Source: an uncultured bacterium (GTDB lineage Bacteria > Patescibacteriota > Minisyncoccia > Phycocordibacterales > PALSA-1337). From it: 18,288 nt of DNA. The notes below the pieces were generated by a model. The model did not search any database. It saw only the letters and a program-made list of their open reading frames with translations, and had not been told where the DNA came from. Location of the stretch: the NCBI GenBank assembly GCA_903905325.1, contig CAIVGA010000060.1:1-18288 (forward strand), in the 5' to 3' direction. This document shows positions 1-8,010 of this stretch, one piece after another (within the stretch, counting starts at the first letter, position 1; every line of letters begins with the position of its first letter). The translations under genes were made by a program, and so were the position numbers.

Positions 1-193
1 TGTGGTAATGGGTGTCATAGATGTTGTGGTATGTCTTAACTACGGTCATGCCTATATCTTACTTGAAAACCGAGGGTTTCCAAACCTTCCTGCAAGGTAC
101 CGCGCGGCAGAGCCGCGGGGAAATCCGCTACCGCGTATTATATCAGGTGTAAAATATTTGCAATCTGTCAGCGTGAGAAAAAGTGTTTTGTAG

Positions 194-253
194 TAACAAA
201 AATCCCTCAGATACAGAGCTCGCATTAAATTCGCGAGATGTACCTGAGGGATT
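194..253 (-). terminator. Intrinsic terminator-like hairpin downstream of the 258..974 gene
   Basis: AATCCCTCAG (201-210) pairs perfectly with CTGAGGGATT (244-253), with inner CTCGC/GCGAG pairing. On the minus strand the stem is followed by TTTGTTA. It sits a few nt past the stop codon of the minus-strand ORF. Confidence 0.6.
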
Positions 254-257
254 GACG

Positions 258-974
258 TTAACTTAAAAGACCCAGACGTGCTTTTGCCGAAGCGAATACT
301 TGAGTTGGACTATTAAAAACACCAAACTTTTCCACGCCCAGTCGGAATCGTTCAATATCTCTTCGCGCATCGGAAAGCGTCTGTCCAGCAATGACAACTG
401 ACCCCTCATTCGAATTTGGATCGCTTTTAAGTGCTTTAAATGCATCTTCCAGAACAACCACGATAGAAGCGAGGTGAATTTGTGTTTCCAGGATTGATGC
501 TACAGTCCACTGGTCCGGACGAGCAACATACCGTGAATAGGGCTTGAGGTCGTTGATACTCTTTCTCAACTGTTCCAACTTCCAGCTAGTATCACCAAAG
601 TCAGCGACCGCATCCTTCATTTCTTGACTTTGGGGTCCGTGCACTTTGACAAACAGAAGGATCAATCCGAATACTGCCGGCACCACTGATACTAGCCAGT
701 AGATATGATTCGTATGGCAGAATATGCAGACCATGACCGCAACCAAACTCACGAGACAGCAAACAAAAGCGAAGATACCCCAACCAAATATGGTATTTCT
801 GCTTAAAATTAAAACATTGTTTGCATTCTGATTTCTCTCAATCAGACTTTTCAACGACTCGCCATCGAAGAATTTTCTGCAGAAATTGTCTAACAATTCA
901 TGCGACATGAGTTCAAACAGGTCGTGGAAACGTTTCTCCACAAGTATACGGACTCCGCTATTTTTCTCTTCCAT
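258..974 (-). CDS. Hypothetical integral membrane protein (two central TM helices, soluble N- and C-terminal regions)
   Basis: 238-codon ORF with ATG start. Hydrophobic segments IFGWGIFAFVCCLVSLVAVMVCIFC and IYWLVSVVPAVFGLILLFVKV. Followed by a terminator hairpin. No family recognised by eye. Confidence 0.6.
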   Translation of the reverse strand: MEEKNSGVRILVEKRFHDLFELMSHELLDNFCRKFFDGESLKSLIERNQNANNVLILSRNTIFGWGIFAFVCCLVSLVAVMVCIFCHTNHIYWLVSVVPAVFGLILLFVKVHGPQSQEMKDAVADFGDTSWKLEQLRKSINDLKPYSRYVARPDQWTVASILETQIHLASIVVVLEDAFKALKSDPNSNEGSVVIAGQTLSDARRDIERFRLGVEKFGVFNSPTQVFASAKARLGLLS

Positions 975-1009
975 TTTATTTACCTTTCAATACCTATATA
1001 GAACCATGG

Positions 1010-1065
1010 GCTTTCGGCTACATTACAGGCTTTCGACCTGCAAAGAACTTCTAAGAGCTTTCGAC
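1010..1065. promoter_or_regulatory. Three direct copies of GCTTTCGRC in the divergent intergenic region (candidate transcription-factor sites)
   Basis: GCTTTCGGC at 1010-1018, GCTTTCGAC at 1029-1037 and at 1057-1065. They lie between the divergently oriented 258..974 gene and hppA. Confidence 0.35.
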
Positions 1066-1242
1066 TCAAAGAAATCACATGGATTCAAAATAGTTTAGGC
1101 GAACTATTCTGTTTTTGACGTTACCATTCAGATGGTGCCATGTCAACCCACTATATTTTAAGCCACCCTTCTGTTATATTATCGACCTAACAAACACGGC
1201 CGTAAAAACGGCAATTTTAATAGAAATTATTATAAAAACACA

Positions 1243-3264
1243 ATGAATACATACATTTGGTTCGCTATTATCAGCTCCGTTATTGCTATCGCTTATGGTA
1301 GTTTCTTGACCGCTCAGATTATGAAGAAGCCAACTGGCAATGACCGTATGCGTGAGATTGCCGCAGCTATCCAAGCTGGTGCAAAGGCCTACCTCAACCG
1401 CCAATACCGCACGATCGCCATTATTGCCGTCATTCTTTTCCTTGTTCTAGCATTTATTCCTGGACTTGGGATCAAGATAGCCATCGGTTTCCTTGTTGGT
1501 GCAATTCTTTCAGCACTCGCTGGTTATATCGGAATGAATGTGTCTGTTCGCACAAATATTCGCACAACTGAAGCTGCTCGTGGTGGTCTCCAGAATGCAC
1601 TCTCACTCGCTTTCAAAGGAGGATCTGTCACAGGACTCATGGTAGTCGGCTTGGCACTACTCGGTGTTACAGCTTTCTATGCAATTACACGCGACACTTC
1701 TGCTCTTATCGGACTAGCCTTCGGTTCTTCACTTATTTCTGTTTTTGCTCGTCTCGGTGGTGGTATTTTCACCAAAGCCGCTGACGTTGGTACAGATATT
1801 GTAGGAAAAGTTGAAGCAGGTATTCCAGAAGATGATCCACGTAACCCAGGAGTTATTGCTGATAACGTCGGTGACAACGTCGGTGACTGTGCAGGTATGG
1901 CTGCTGACCTTTTTGAAACATATGCTGTTACAACTATTGCCGCTATCATGCTCGGCGTTACTCTTTTCAAAGGATTCGACAATGCCATTGCTTACCCTCT
2001 AGTTCTCGGTGGAGTTGCCATCATCGCCTCCATTATTGGTACATGGTTCGTTCGCCTTTCTAAGAGAGAAAATCCAAGTATCATGGGTGCTATGTACAAA
2101 GGTCTCGCAGTTGCTGGAGTTCTTGCTGCCGCTGCTTTCTACCCTATTACTTCTTGGCTCATGAGTGGTAATACACTCGCAAACGGAACTTCTATCAGTG
2201 TTATGAATCTCTTCGGTTGTACTATCGTCGGTCTCATCGTTACCGCCGCTCTTGTATTTATTACTGAATATTACACTTCAACAGCTTATGCTCCAGTTAA
2301 GTCCATCGCTGCCGCTTCAGTTTCTGGACATGGTACAAACGTCATTCAAGGTCTCGCTATATCAATGAAGTCTACAGCTTGGCCTTTGATCACAATCGTC
2401 CTCGGTATTCTCTTCTCATATCACTTCGCTGGTCTCTATGGTATCGCTGTTGCTGCTATGAGTATGCTTTCTATGGCAGGTATCATTGTTGCTATCGATG
2501 CTTATGGTCCTATCACAGACAATGCCGGAGGTATTGCAGAAATGGCCGATCTTCCAGATGAAGTTCGTGACATTACCGATCCTCTCGATGCTGTTGGTAA
2601 CACCACCAAGGCTGTCACAAAAGGTTATGCCATCGGTTCTGCTGGTCTCGCCGCTCTCGTACTCTTCGCTTCATATACAGAAATGACTCATGGTCTTTCT
2701 TTCAATCTCAGTGATCCAAAAGTTATCGTCGGTCTATTCATCGGAGGTCTTCTTCCTTATTACTTCGCAGCTCTTTGTATGGAAAGTGTCGGAAAAGCTG
2801 CTGGAAAAGTCGTCGAAGAAGTTCGTCGTCAATTCCGTGAGATCAAAGGAATCATGCAAGGTACAGCCAAGCCTGATTATGCGCGTTGTGTAGACATCGT
2901 CACATCAGCTGCTATAAAGGAAATGGTTATCCCTGCACTCATTCCAGTTATTGCTCCAATCGTTGTCGGATTTGTACTCGGTCCAGTAGCTCTCGGAGGT
3001 TTGCTCGTCGGTGCCATCGTAACCGGTCTCTTCGTTGCTATTTCAATGACTTCTGGAGGTGGTGCTTGGGATAATGCAAAGAAGCATATCGAAAAAGGTA
3101 ATCATGGAGGCAAAGGTAGTGAAGCTCACAAAGCCGCAGTTACAGGAGACACTGTCGGAGATCCTTACAAGGATACAGCAGGTCCAGCCATCAACCCAAT
3201 GATCAAGATCATCAATATCGTGGCTCTCCTTATAGTTCCACTTTTAATGACGTTGTGGAAGTAA
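1243..3264 (+). CDS. hppA: Membrane-bound H+-translocating inorganic pyrophosphatase (K+-independent subtype signature)
   Basis: 673 aa, polytopic. Hallmark M-PPase motifs [36 protein letters not shown] and [37 protein letters not shown] has Lys at the position that is Ala in K+-dependent enzymes. Confidence 0.97.
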   Translation: MNTYIWFAIISSVIAIAYGSFLTAQIMKKPTGNDRMREIAAAIQAGAKAYLNRQYRTIAIIAVILFLVLAFIPGLGIKIAIGFLVGAILSALAGYIGMNVSVRTNIRTTEAARGGLQNALSLAFKGGSVTGLMVVGLALLGVTAFYAITRDTSALIGLAFGSSLISVFARLGGGIFTKAADVGTDIVGKVEAGIPEDDPRNPGVIADNVGDNVGDCAGMAADLFETYAVTTIAAIMLGVTLFKGFDNAIAYPLVLGGVAIIASIIGTWFVRLSKRENPSIMGAMYKGLAVAGVLAAAAFYPITSWLMSGNTLANGTSISVMNLFGCTIVGLIVTAALVFITEYYTSTAYAPVKSIAAASVSGHGTNVIQGLAISMKSTAWPLITIVLGILFSYHFAGLYGIAVAAMSMLSMAGIIVAIDAYGPITDNAGGIAEMADLPDEVRDITDPLDAVGNTTKAVTKGYAIGSAGLAALVLFASYTEMTHGLSFNLSDPKVIVGLFIGGLLPYYFAALCMESVGKAAGKVVEEVRRQFREIKGIMQGTAKPDYARCVDIVTSAAIKEMVIPALIPVIAPIVVGFVLGPVALGGLLVGAIVTGLFVAISMTSGGGAWDNAKKHIEKGNHGGKGSEAHKAAVTGDTVGDPYKDTAGPAINPMIKIINIVALLIVPLLMTLWK

Positions 3265-3270
3265 AAGACG

Positions 3271-3279
3271 TGGTATAAT
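3271..3279 (+). promoter_or_regulatory. Extended -10 promoter element (TGgTATAAT) placed for a leaderless transcript
   Basis: TGG 3271-3273 and TATAAT 3274-3279, then exactly 7 nt to the ATG at 3287. No SD-like purine tract. Confidence 0.5.
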
Positions 3280-3286
3280 GGTCTTC

Positions 3287-4357
3287 ATGAAAAAAACATA
3301 CCTAGCCGGCTTGGCCGTTGGTGTTATTGCAATTTCATTACCTTTTTTGGCCTTTGCAGAGATAAATCAACCCCCTTTTCCACCAGCCGGAGCAAACTTT
3401 CCACCCACAGGAACACCATTTGAACAAGACCAGCAACAAGCAAACCAGGGCCAACAAAAAAACACCGACCAGCAACCACCTAATGATCAACCAAATCTTC
3501 CTATTCCCCTTCCACCAGATTGTTTAGATTGTGCCCAACCAATTCCACCACCCACTGATCAACCCGTTAGTCCAACCAGCTCATTTCGTCAGCAGATAAG
3601 CGATGGTATAAGATCAAATGAGAATGCCCGCAATCTTCTTTTGCAAGGACGTCCAGAATATTCCTCCACATCAAATCAGTTGCCGCCTCAAGACCAACTA
3701 CCACCGCAAGATCCACAATATTTTGGCTCTACAACGCGTCCAGATTTTGGTTCTACAACCCACGAATATGACGGCACAAGCACACGCGATATGATGCCAA
3801 GAGGTGATCGACGCGGTCCACGCAATCTTCAAGATCCACGAAATCAAGATCTTCGAAACCTAGACGAGCAGGGTTCTAGTTCAAATCCACGCGGTTTGGA
3901 CCAAATCCAAAATAAAAGAGACCGTAAAGCTCTTCGTATCGATATGTTCAACCGTGAAAGAAATCACGTTGTCAGCCAGATGCAAGTTGCACTTAACAAT
4001 TTGAAGAATATTCGTGAAAGAATCGCTTCCAGGATTACAAAAATAGAGTCTAGTGGTGTTGATGTAACTGATACAAATACCCTACTCGCAACTGCTGATA
4101 CAAAAATCTCTGTTGCTCAAACAGCCATAGATACTTTGTCAGCTTTCACACCAACCGCAACGAGCACAGCAAGCACTTCCGCTATTAGTCTAGATAAGCC
4201 AAGACAGATTAGCGACAGTGCTATCAAGGCTGTCAAAGATGCGCATGAGGCACTTAACAATGTCGTGCAATCCATTGCCCACGACCTGGGAATCAACCTT
4301 CAAGAAAATGTGACATCTACTCCCCCCGAACCAAGTCCAGTTCAACTAGATCAATAA
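3287..4357 (+). CDS. Secreted proline/glutamine-rich low-complexity protein with C-terminal helical region
   Basis: The ORF track starts at 3278, but the ATG at 3287 gives a classic signal peptide, MKKTYLAGLAVGVIAISLPFLAFA. P/Q-rich repeats QLPPQD x2, FGSTT x2 and PRNLQD/PRNQD. The C-terminal part is predicted helical. Confidence 0.75.
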   Translation: MKKTYLAGLAVGVIAISLPFLAFAEINQPPFPPAGANFPPTGTPFEQDQQQANQGQQKNTDQQPPNDQPNLPIPLPPDCLDCAQPIPPPTDQPVSPTSSFRQQISDGIRSNENARNLLLQGRPEYSSTSNQLPPQDQLPPQDPQYFGSTTRPDFGSTTHEYDGTSTRDMMPRGDRRGPRNLQDPRNQDLRNLDEQGSSSNPRGLDQIQNKRDRKALRIDMFNRERNHVVSQMQVALNNLKNIRERIASRITKIESSGVDVTDTNTLLATADTKISVAQTAIDTLSAFTPTATSTASTSAISLDKPRQISDSAIKAVKDAHEALNNVVQSIAHDLGINLQENVTSTPPEPSPVQLDQ

Positions 4358-4386
4358 TTTATTATCTTTTAATTATTTTAAATAGA

Positions 4387-4680
4387 ATGGAACAAAACCA
4401 AACAAATACAGCACCAGGAACAATAGGCGGAGCACCAAAGAAGGTTGGCCCCATCATCATGAGTTCAGTAGTTGTCCTTGTAATCATTGCGGTTAGCATA
4501 TATTTCTTTGCTTCACGAGCAGAGCATAGTAGCGTTACAGCTCCCACAAAGCAGACTGGCGCTTCTACTACAACCACAGTTCAGACCGTTAAACCTATTA
4601 CCAATACAGCAGACGATCCGCAGTCACTGCAAAATGATTTGAATAATTCTACGACAGGCTTGGATAGTCAGAATTTCTAA
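4387..4680 (+). CDS. Small single-pass membrane-anchored protein with Thr-rich extracytoplasmic tail
   Basis: 97-codon ORF with ATG start. One TM segment, IIMSSVVVLVIIAVSIYFFA. Same orientation as its neighbours. Confidence 0.6.
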   Translation: MEQNQTNTAPGTIGGAPKKVGPIIMSSVVVLVIIAVSIYFFASRAEHSSVTAPTKQTGASTTTTVQTVKPITNTADDPQSLQNDLNNSTTGLDSQNF

Positions 4681-4685
4681 TTTTA

Positions 4686-4714
4686 TTGCAAAATTCGTCG
4701 TGGCACGGTAAACT
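4686..4714 (+). promoter_or_regulatory. Sigma70-like promoter for tig (TTGCAA-N17-TAAACT), leaderless geometry
   Basis: TTGCAA 4686-4691, 17-nt spacer, TAAACT 4709-4714, then 7 nt to the ATG at 4722. The TTG at 4686 used by the ORF track is the -35 box, not a start codon. Confidence 0.55.
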
Positions 4715-4721
4715 CGACCCC

Positions 4722-5828
4722 ATGACTACAACCAATAAATCATATGACTCAGTTACTATTAAAAAACTTGACGGCTCTCGCCTCGAGATTACTAGCTCTA
4801 TTTCAGCAGAAACATTAGCAAAATTCCGTCCTCAGGCTATCAAAGAGATTGGCGAATCTATAAAATTGGACGGCTTTAGAAAAGGTATGGTGCCAGAAAA
4901 TGTCCTCGTCTCAAAAGTCGGTGAAATGGCCATATTAGAAGAAATGGCTGAACAGGCTATCTCTAGAGCTTATTTCGACATTCTCGTAGATAACAAGATC
5001 GACGCTATTGGCAGACCATCGACACAGATCACAAAACTCGCAAAAGACAATCCTCTAGAATTCAAGATTACCACTGCTGTACTTCCAGAAATCAAACTTC
5101 CAGATTATAAGAAACTCGCACAAAAAGAAGTTGCCAAGAGTGCAAAAGGTGGAGCTGACTATGTAGATGAAAAAGTTTCTGACAAAGAGTTGGAAGATGC
5201 TATTTTGCGTATTCGCAAGGCTAATGTTTCTCACGAAGGTCATGATCATGAAAAAATGACAGCAGAAGAGCACGAGAAAGCTGTTGAGGCTTCTTTGCCG
5301 GAACTTACTGATGATTTCGTAAAGAAGCTCGGTGACTTCACAGATGTTCCAGATTTCAAAGTGAAATTGTCAGCTATGGTCGCAGAACAAAAGCGTGATC
5401 AAGCCAATGAGAAGCGCCGTATACGCATTGCCGATGCTATCACTGAAGCAACAAAAGTTGAGTTACCAGAGATTATGATAGAAAGTGAACTCGAACGTAC
5501 ACAAGCTCAGTTCGCAGCAGACATAGAACGCATGGGTGTAAAGCTGGATGATTATTTGAAACATGCAAAGAAAACTTTAGAGGAAATTCGTAAGGAATGG
5601 AGACCTCATGCAGAAAAGAAGGCCAAGCTGCAACTTATTTTGAATGCAATTTCTGATGCCGAAAAGATAAAGGCGGAGCCGGCTGAAATCGAAGAAGAAG
5701 TCAATCAGATCGTTGAACACTACAAAGATGCTGATCGTGAACGTGCGACCGTTTATGCAGAAACTGTTTTGACTAATGAAAAAGTATTCAGGTTTTTGGA
5801 GAAGGGTGAAGAGAAGAGTGGCAAATAA
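4722..5828 (+). CDS. tig: Trigger factor, apparently lacking the central FKBP-type PPIase domain
   Basis: Ribosome-binding signature GFRKGMVP in the N-domain. The C-terminal arm region begins LPELTDDFVKKLG (compare E. coli LPELTAEFIKRFG). Only about 20 residues lie where the roughly 95-residue PPIase domain normally sits. Start moved to the ATG at 4722. Confidence 0.85.
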   Translation: MTTTNKSYDSVTIKKLDGSRLEITSSISAETLAKFRPQAIKEIGESIKLDGFRKGMVPENVLVSKVGEMAILEEMAEQAISRAYFDILVDNKIDAIGRPSTQITKLAKDNPLEFKITTAVLPEIKLPDYKKLAQKEVAKSAKGGADYVDEKVSDKELEDAILRIRKANVSHEGHDHEKMTAEEHEKAVEASLPELTDDFVKKLGDFTDVPDFKVKLSAMVAEQKRDQANEKRRIRIADAITEATKVELPEIMIESELERTQAQFAADIERMGVKLDDYLKHAKKTLEEIRKEWRPHAEKKAKLQLILNAISDAEKIKAEPAEIEEEVNQIVEHYKDADRERATVYAETVLTNEKVFRFLEKGEEKSGK

Positions 5829-5852
5829 AAATCCCGCGCACTTGCGAGGGAT
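5827..5852 (-). terminator. Intrinsic terminator for the minus-strand small unit (hairpin between convergent genes)
   Basis: ATCCCGCGC (5831-5839) pairs with GCGAGGGAT (5844-5852) with one mismatch and loop ACTT. On the minus strand the stem is followed by TTTTATTT. There is no T-run on the plus side. Confidence 0.55.
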
Positions 5853-5896
5853 GATTGTAAACGTGACAGCTAAATGTAACTAGTCAGTGTGATGAG

Positions 5897-6115
5897 TTAG
5901 CGTGCCAGACGAGCGCCGGATGCTTGTTTTCCCAGCAAAGCCGAAACAAAACAAGCATTAGCTTTCTTGAGATTCAAATTGTCATTAACGGGAACACCAC
6001 TTGTGTCCAAAGACGCAGCATCACCACTTTTCACTGCACGTAAGATTGCACGTACACGTTTACTGTTTGAAAGCCCTGGATGTTTCAAAGGATCACCTCT
6101 TGTTATTTTGTTCAA
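5897..6115 (-). CDS. Small basic hypothetical protein (start uncertain; TTG only)
   Basis: 72-codon ORF with no in-frame ATG. The alternative TTG at codon 10 is preceded by AGAGGTGA. Codon choice (CGT, GCT, GGT, GTT) resembles the core genes. It has its own promoter and terminator, but contains a perfect 11-bp hairpin, so an RNA role cannot be excluded. Confidence 0.4.
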   Translation of the reverse strand: MNKITRGDPLKHPGLSNSKRVRAILRAVKSGDAASLDTSGVPVNDNLNLKKANACFVSALLGKQASGARLAR

Positions 6116-6130
6116 CTAGTTCAGATGAAG

Positions 6131-6158
6131 ATAATACCACCGAATGCCATTATGTCAA
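6131..6158 (-). promoter_or_regulatory. Strong sigma70-like promoter (TTGACA-N16-TATTAT) on the minus strand
   Basis: Minus-strand TTGACA is the complement of 6153-6158 and TATTAT is the complement of 6131-6136, with a 16-nt spacer. It drives the 5897..6115 unit. Confidence 0.55.
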
Positions 6159-6190
6159 GAGGCATAAGAAAAAGATTGTGAGGATGACCC

Positions 6191-6289
6191 ATTACCAATT
6201 ACCCAACCTATATCCTGCATATATACCAACAAGCCCACCAATTGTTGATCCGACTATTACTCCAATCCAAATATAAGTTTTTGTATTCA
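6191..6289 (-). CDS. Possible 32-aa glycine-zipper membrane peptide (below the ORF-track cutoff)
   Basis: My own translation: ATG at 6289 gives MNTKTYIWIGVIVGSTIGGLVGIYAGYRLGNW then stop. It lies immediately downstream of rsmE on the same strand. No SD sequence. Confidence 0.25.
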
Positions 6290-6328
6290 TGATAATGTGT
6301 GAAACATTATAACCGATGAAATCCCTAT

Positions 6329-7132
6329 TTACCCAAACATGACCAGAGAAAGGGCAGCAACTACAGCGGTTTCTGAGCGTAGGACTTGATTTCCGAGAGA
6401 ATAAATGTCGATATTATGCTTGTGAAACAATTCTATTTCGTCTGGTGACCAACCACCTTCTGGGCCGATGAAAATATTCATCTTTACGTCTTTCGTCTTG
6501 CTGATCGACTTGCTGGATGAACCGCCAATCAAACCCTCACGCATTTTAGCCACAGAAAAGACCTCCCCCTCCGTATGAAACGCCAAATTCATGATGTCAC
6601 AAGTTGTGACATCGACTTTTTTAGAAAGCTCCACTGCTTCACTAAGCGTCGCTATGTCCCCAATCTCAGGTACATCACCACGACCACTCTGCTCACTAGC
6701 TTCAACAGCAATTTTACGTAAACGATCCATATTTAAAGACTTTTTTTCACTACGCTCTGCCATAACTGGAATCACACGAGACACACCGAGCTCCGTCGCC
6801 TTCTCAACAATCCATTCAAAAGTATCTTTCTTGACCACGCCGGCACATAAAATAACCTCACACATACCATCAAAACCATCGCGCCCGTGACCACCACGCC
6901 CAGCCATAAATCGACTTTGTTTTGCGCCCAACACCTTAACAGTAACAAAATCATTACCATAATCCTCAATAGAAGATTCATAGTCAAAACCCGAACCATC
7001 GAACAAAACCACGTGGTCACCCAACTTCAAACGAAAAACTTTGCGAATCTGGTTCGACAATTCAGCCGACTTAATTTTCATTTCGGTATTATTCCCTATT
7101 TTTTCCGTAATATAGAATCTGTGGAGCCGCAT
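6329..7132 (-). CDS. rsmE: 16S rRNA (uracil1498-N3)-methyltransferase RsmE (SPOUT family)
   Basis: Typical N-terminus MRLHRFYI. C-terminal knot motifs IFIGPEGGWSPDEIE and LGNQVLRSETA. 267 aa. Separated from the clpP stop by 2 nt. Confidence 0.9.
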   Translation of the reverse strand: MRLHRFYITEKIGNNTEMKIKSAELSNQIRKVFRLKLGDHVVLFDGSGFDYESSIEDYGNDFVTVKVLGAKQSRFMAGRGGHGRDGFDGMCEVILCAGVVKKDTFEWIVEKATELGVSRVIPVMAERSEKKSLNMDRLRKIAVEASEQSGRGDVPEIGDIATLSEAVELSKKVDVTTCDIMNLAFHTEGEVFSVAKMREGLIGGSSSKSISKTKDVKMNIFIGPEGGWSPDEIELFHKHNIDIYSLGNQVLRSETAVVAALSLVMFG

Positions 7133-7134
7133 TT

Positions 7135-7725
7135 TTACTTCTTTGAGTTACTCAAAACCTGGTCGATAATTCCATACTTCTTGGCCTCTTCAGCGTCCAT
7201 GAAGAAATCACGATCAACATCCTTTTCGATCTTGGCGAGAGTTTGACCAGTATTTTTTGCCAACATTTTGTTGAGAGATGCACGAGTCTTGATGATATGC
7301 TTGGCGCTTATTTCAATATCAGAAGCTTGACCTTCAGAACTACCAAGGGGTTGATGAATCATAACCTCAGCATTTGCCAAAGCTGTACGCTTACCTTTTG
7401 TTCCAGCTGAGAGAATAAGTGCAGCACCAGAAGCAGCGATACCAACACAAACAGTAGAAACATCGTTCTTTATATAATTTATCGTATCAATAATGGCGAG
7501 AGTTGCAGAAACTGAACCGCCAGGAGAATTAATGTAAAGTGAAATTTCTTTCTTTGGATCTTCAGATTGAATAAAGAGAAGCTGGGCAATAATGAGGTTG
7601 GCCATATGATCATCGATAGGACCACCAAGGAAAATAACATTATCCTTCAAAAGACGTGAGTAAATATCATAAGCACGTTCGCCTTGTGGGCTTTTCTCTA
7701 TAACTGTTGGAATGAGGTATGACAT
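7135..7725 (-). CDS. clpP: ATP-dependent Clp protease proteolytic subunit
   Basis: 196 aa with full-length resemblance to Clp[20 protein letters not shown], catalytic Ser context GIAASGAA, His context VMIHQPLG, Asp context [18 protein letters not shown]. Confidence 0.97.
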   Translation of the reverse strand: MSYLIPTVIEKSPQGERAYDIYSRLLKDNVIFLGGPIDDHMANLIIAQLLFIQSEDPKKEISLYINSPGGSVSATLAIIDTINYIKNDVSTVCVGIAASGAALILSAGTKGKRTALANAEVMIHQPLGSSEGQASDIEISAKHIIKTRASLNKMLAKNTGQTLAKIEKDVDRDFFMDAEEAKKYGIIDQVLSNSKK

Positions 7726-7762
7726 GGGGTTTATTTTGATGCTAATTAATTTTAGTAAGATT

Positions 7763-7790
7763 AATATACACTAAAATATGAATATGTCAA
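7763..7790 (-). promoter_or_regulatory. Sigma70-like promoter for clpP-rsmE (TTGACA-N16-TATATT)
   Basis: Minus-strand TTGACA is the complement of 7785-7790 and TATATT is the complement of 7763-7768, with a 16-nt spacer. It lies about 35 nt upstream of the clpP ATG. Confidence 0.5.
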
Positions 7791-7825
7791 AACTGACAAT
7801 GCGCTACTACCAAAACATATATTAT

Positions 7826-7854
7826 TTGCACTCCAGCCCCACCTGTTGTATTAT
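7826..7854 (+). promoter_or_regulatory. Candidate promoter for rny (TTGCAC-N17-TATTAT) giving a roughly 150-nt leader
   Basis: TTGCAC 7826-7831, 17-nt spacer, TATTAT 7849-7854. The next plus-strand gene starts at 8011. Confidence 0.4.
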
Positions 7855-8010
7855 GCTTATGTTACCAATTTAATTTTTGATTACGCTTTTTTAAGCCTTA
7901 GTGATAAAAACATTATGAACTTTCACCGATTCGATAGCCAAAAACACCTAGTAAAGCCTCATAAAATCATCATATCGCCATAGTCCTGAAAGAGCGGATC
8001 ACATTCGCTT

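Noticed and set aside
2-193. 63-aa plus-strand ORF at the left edge as a protein C-terminus
   Set aside because: Its codon usage is atypical for this genome, the sequence is GC-rich and hairpin-dense, and no recognisable protein features are present. It is kept only as an unexplained structured segment.
1677-3074. Nested or antisense ORFs inside hppA (1677..1988 minus; 1811..2002, 2379..2561, 2486..2686, 2690..2893 and 2886..3074 plus)
   Set aside because: They lie entirely within the strongly supported hppA reading frame, their translations are low-complexity or Cys/Arg-rich, and they are shadow ORFs.
6001-6276. 91-aa plus-strand ORF
   Set aside because: It overlaps the minus-strand small unit, its promoter and the small peptide ORF. 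Its His/Thr/Pro-rich translation has no start context, so it is a shadow ORF.
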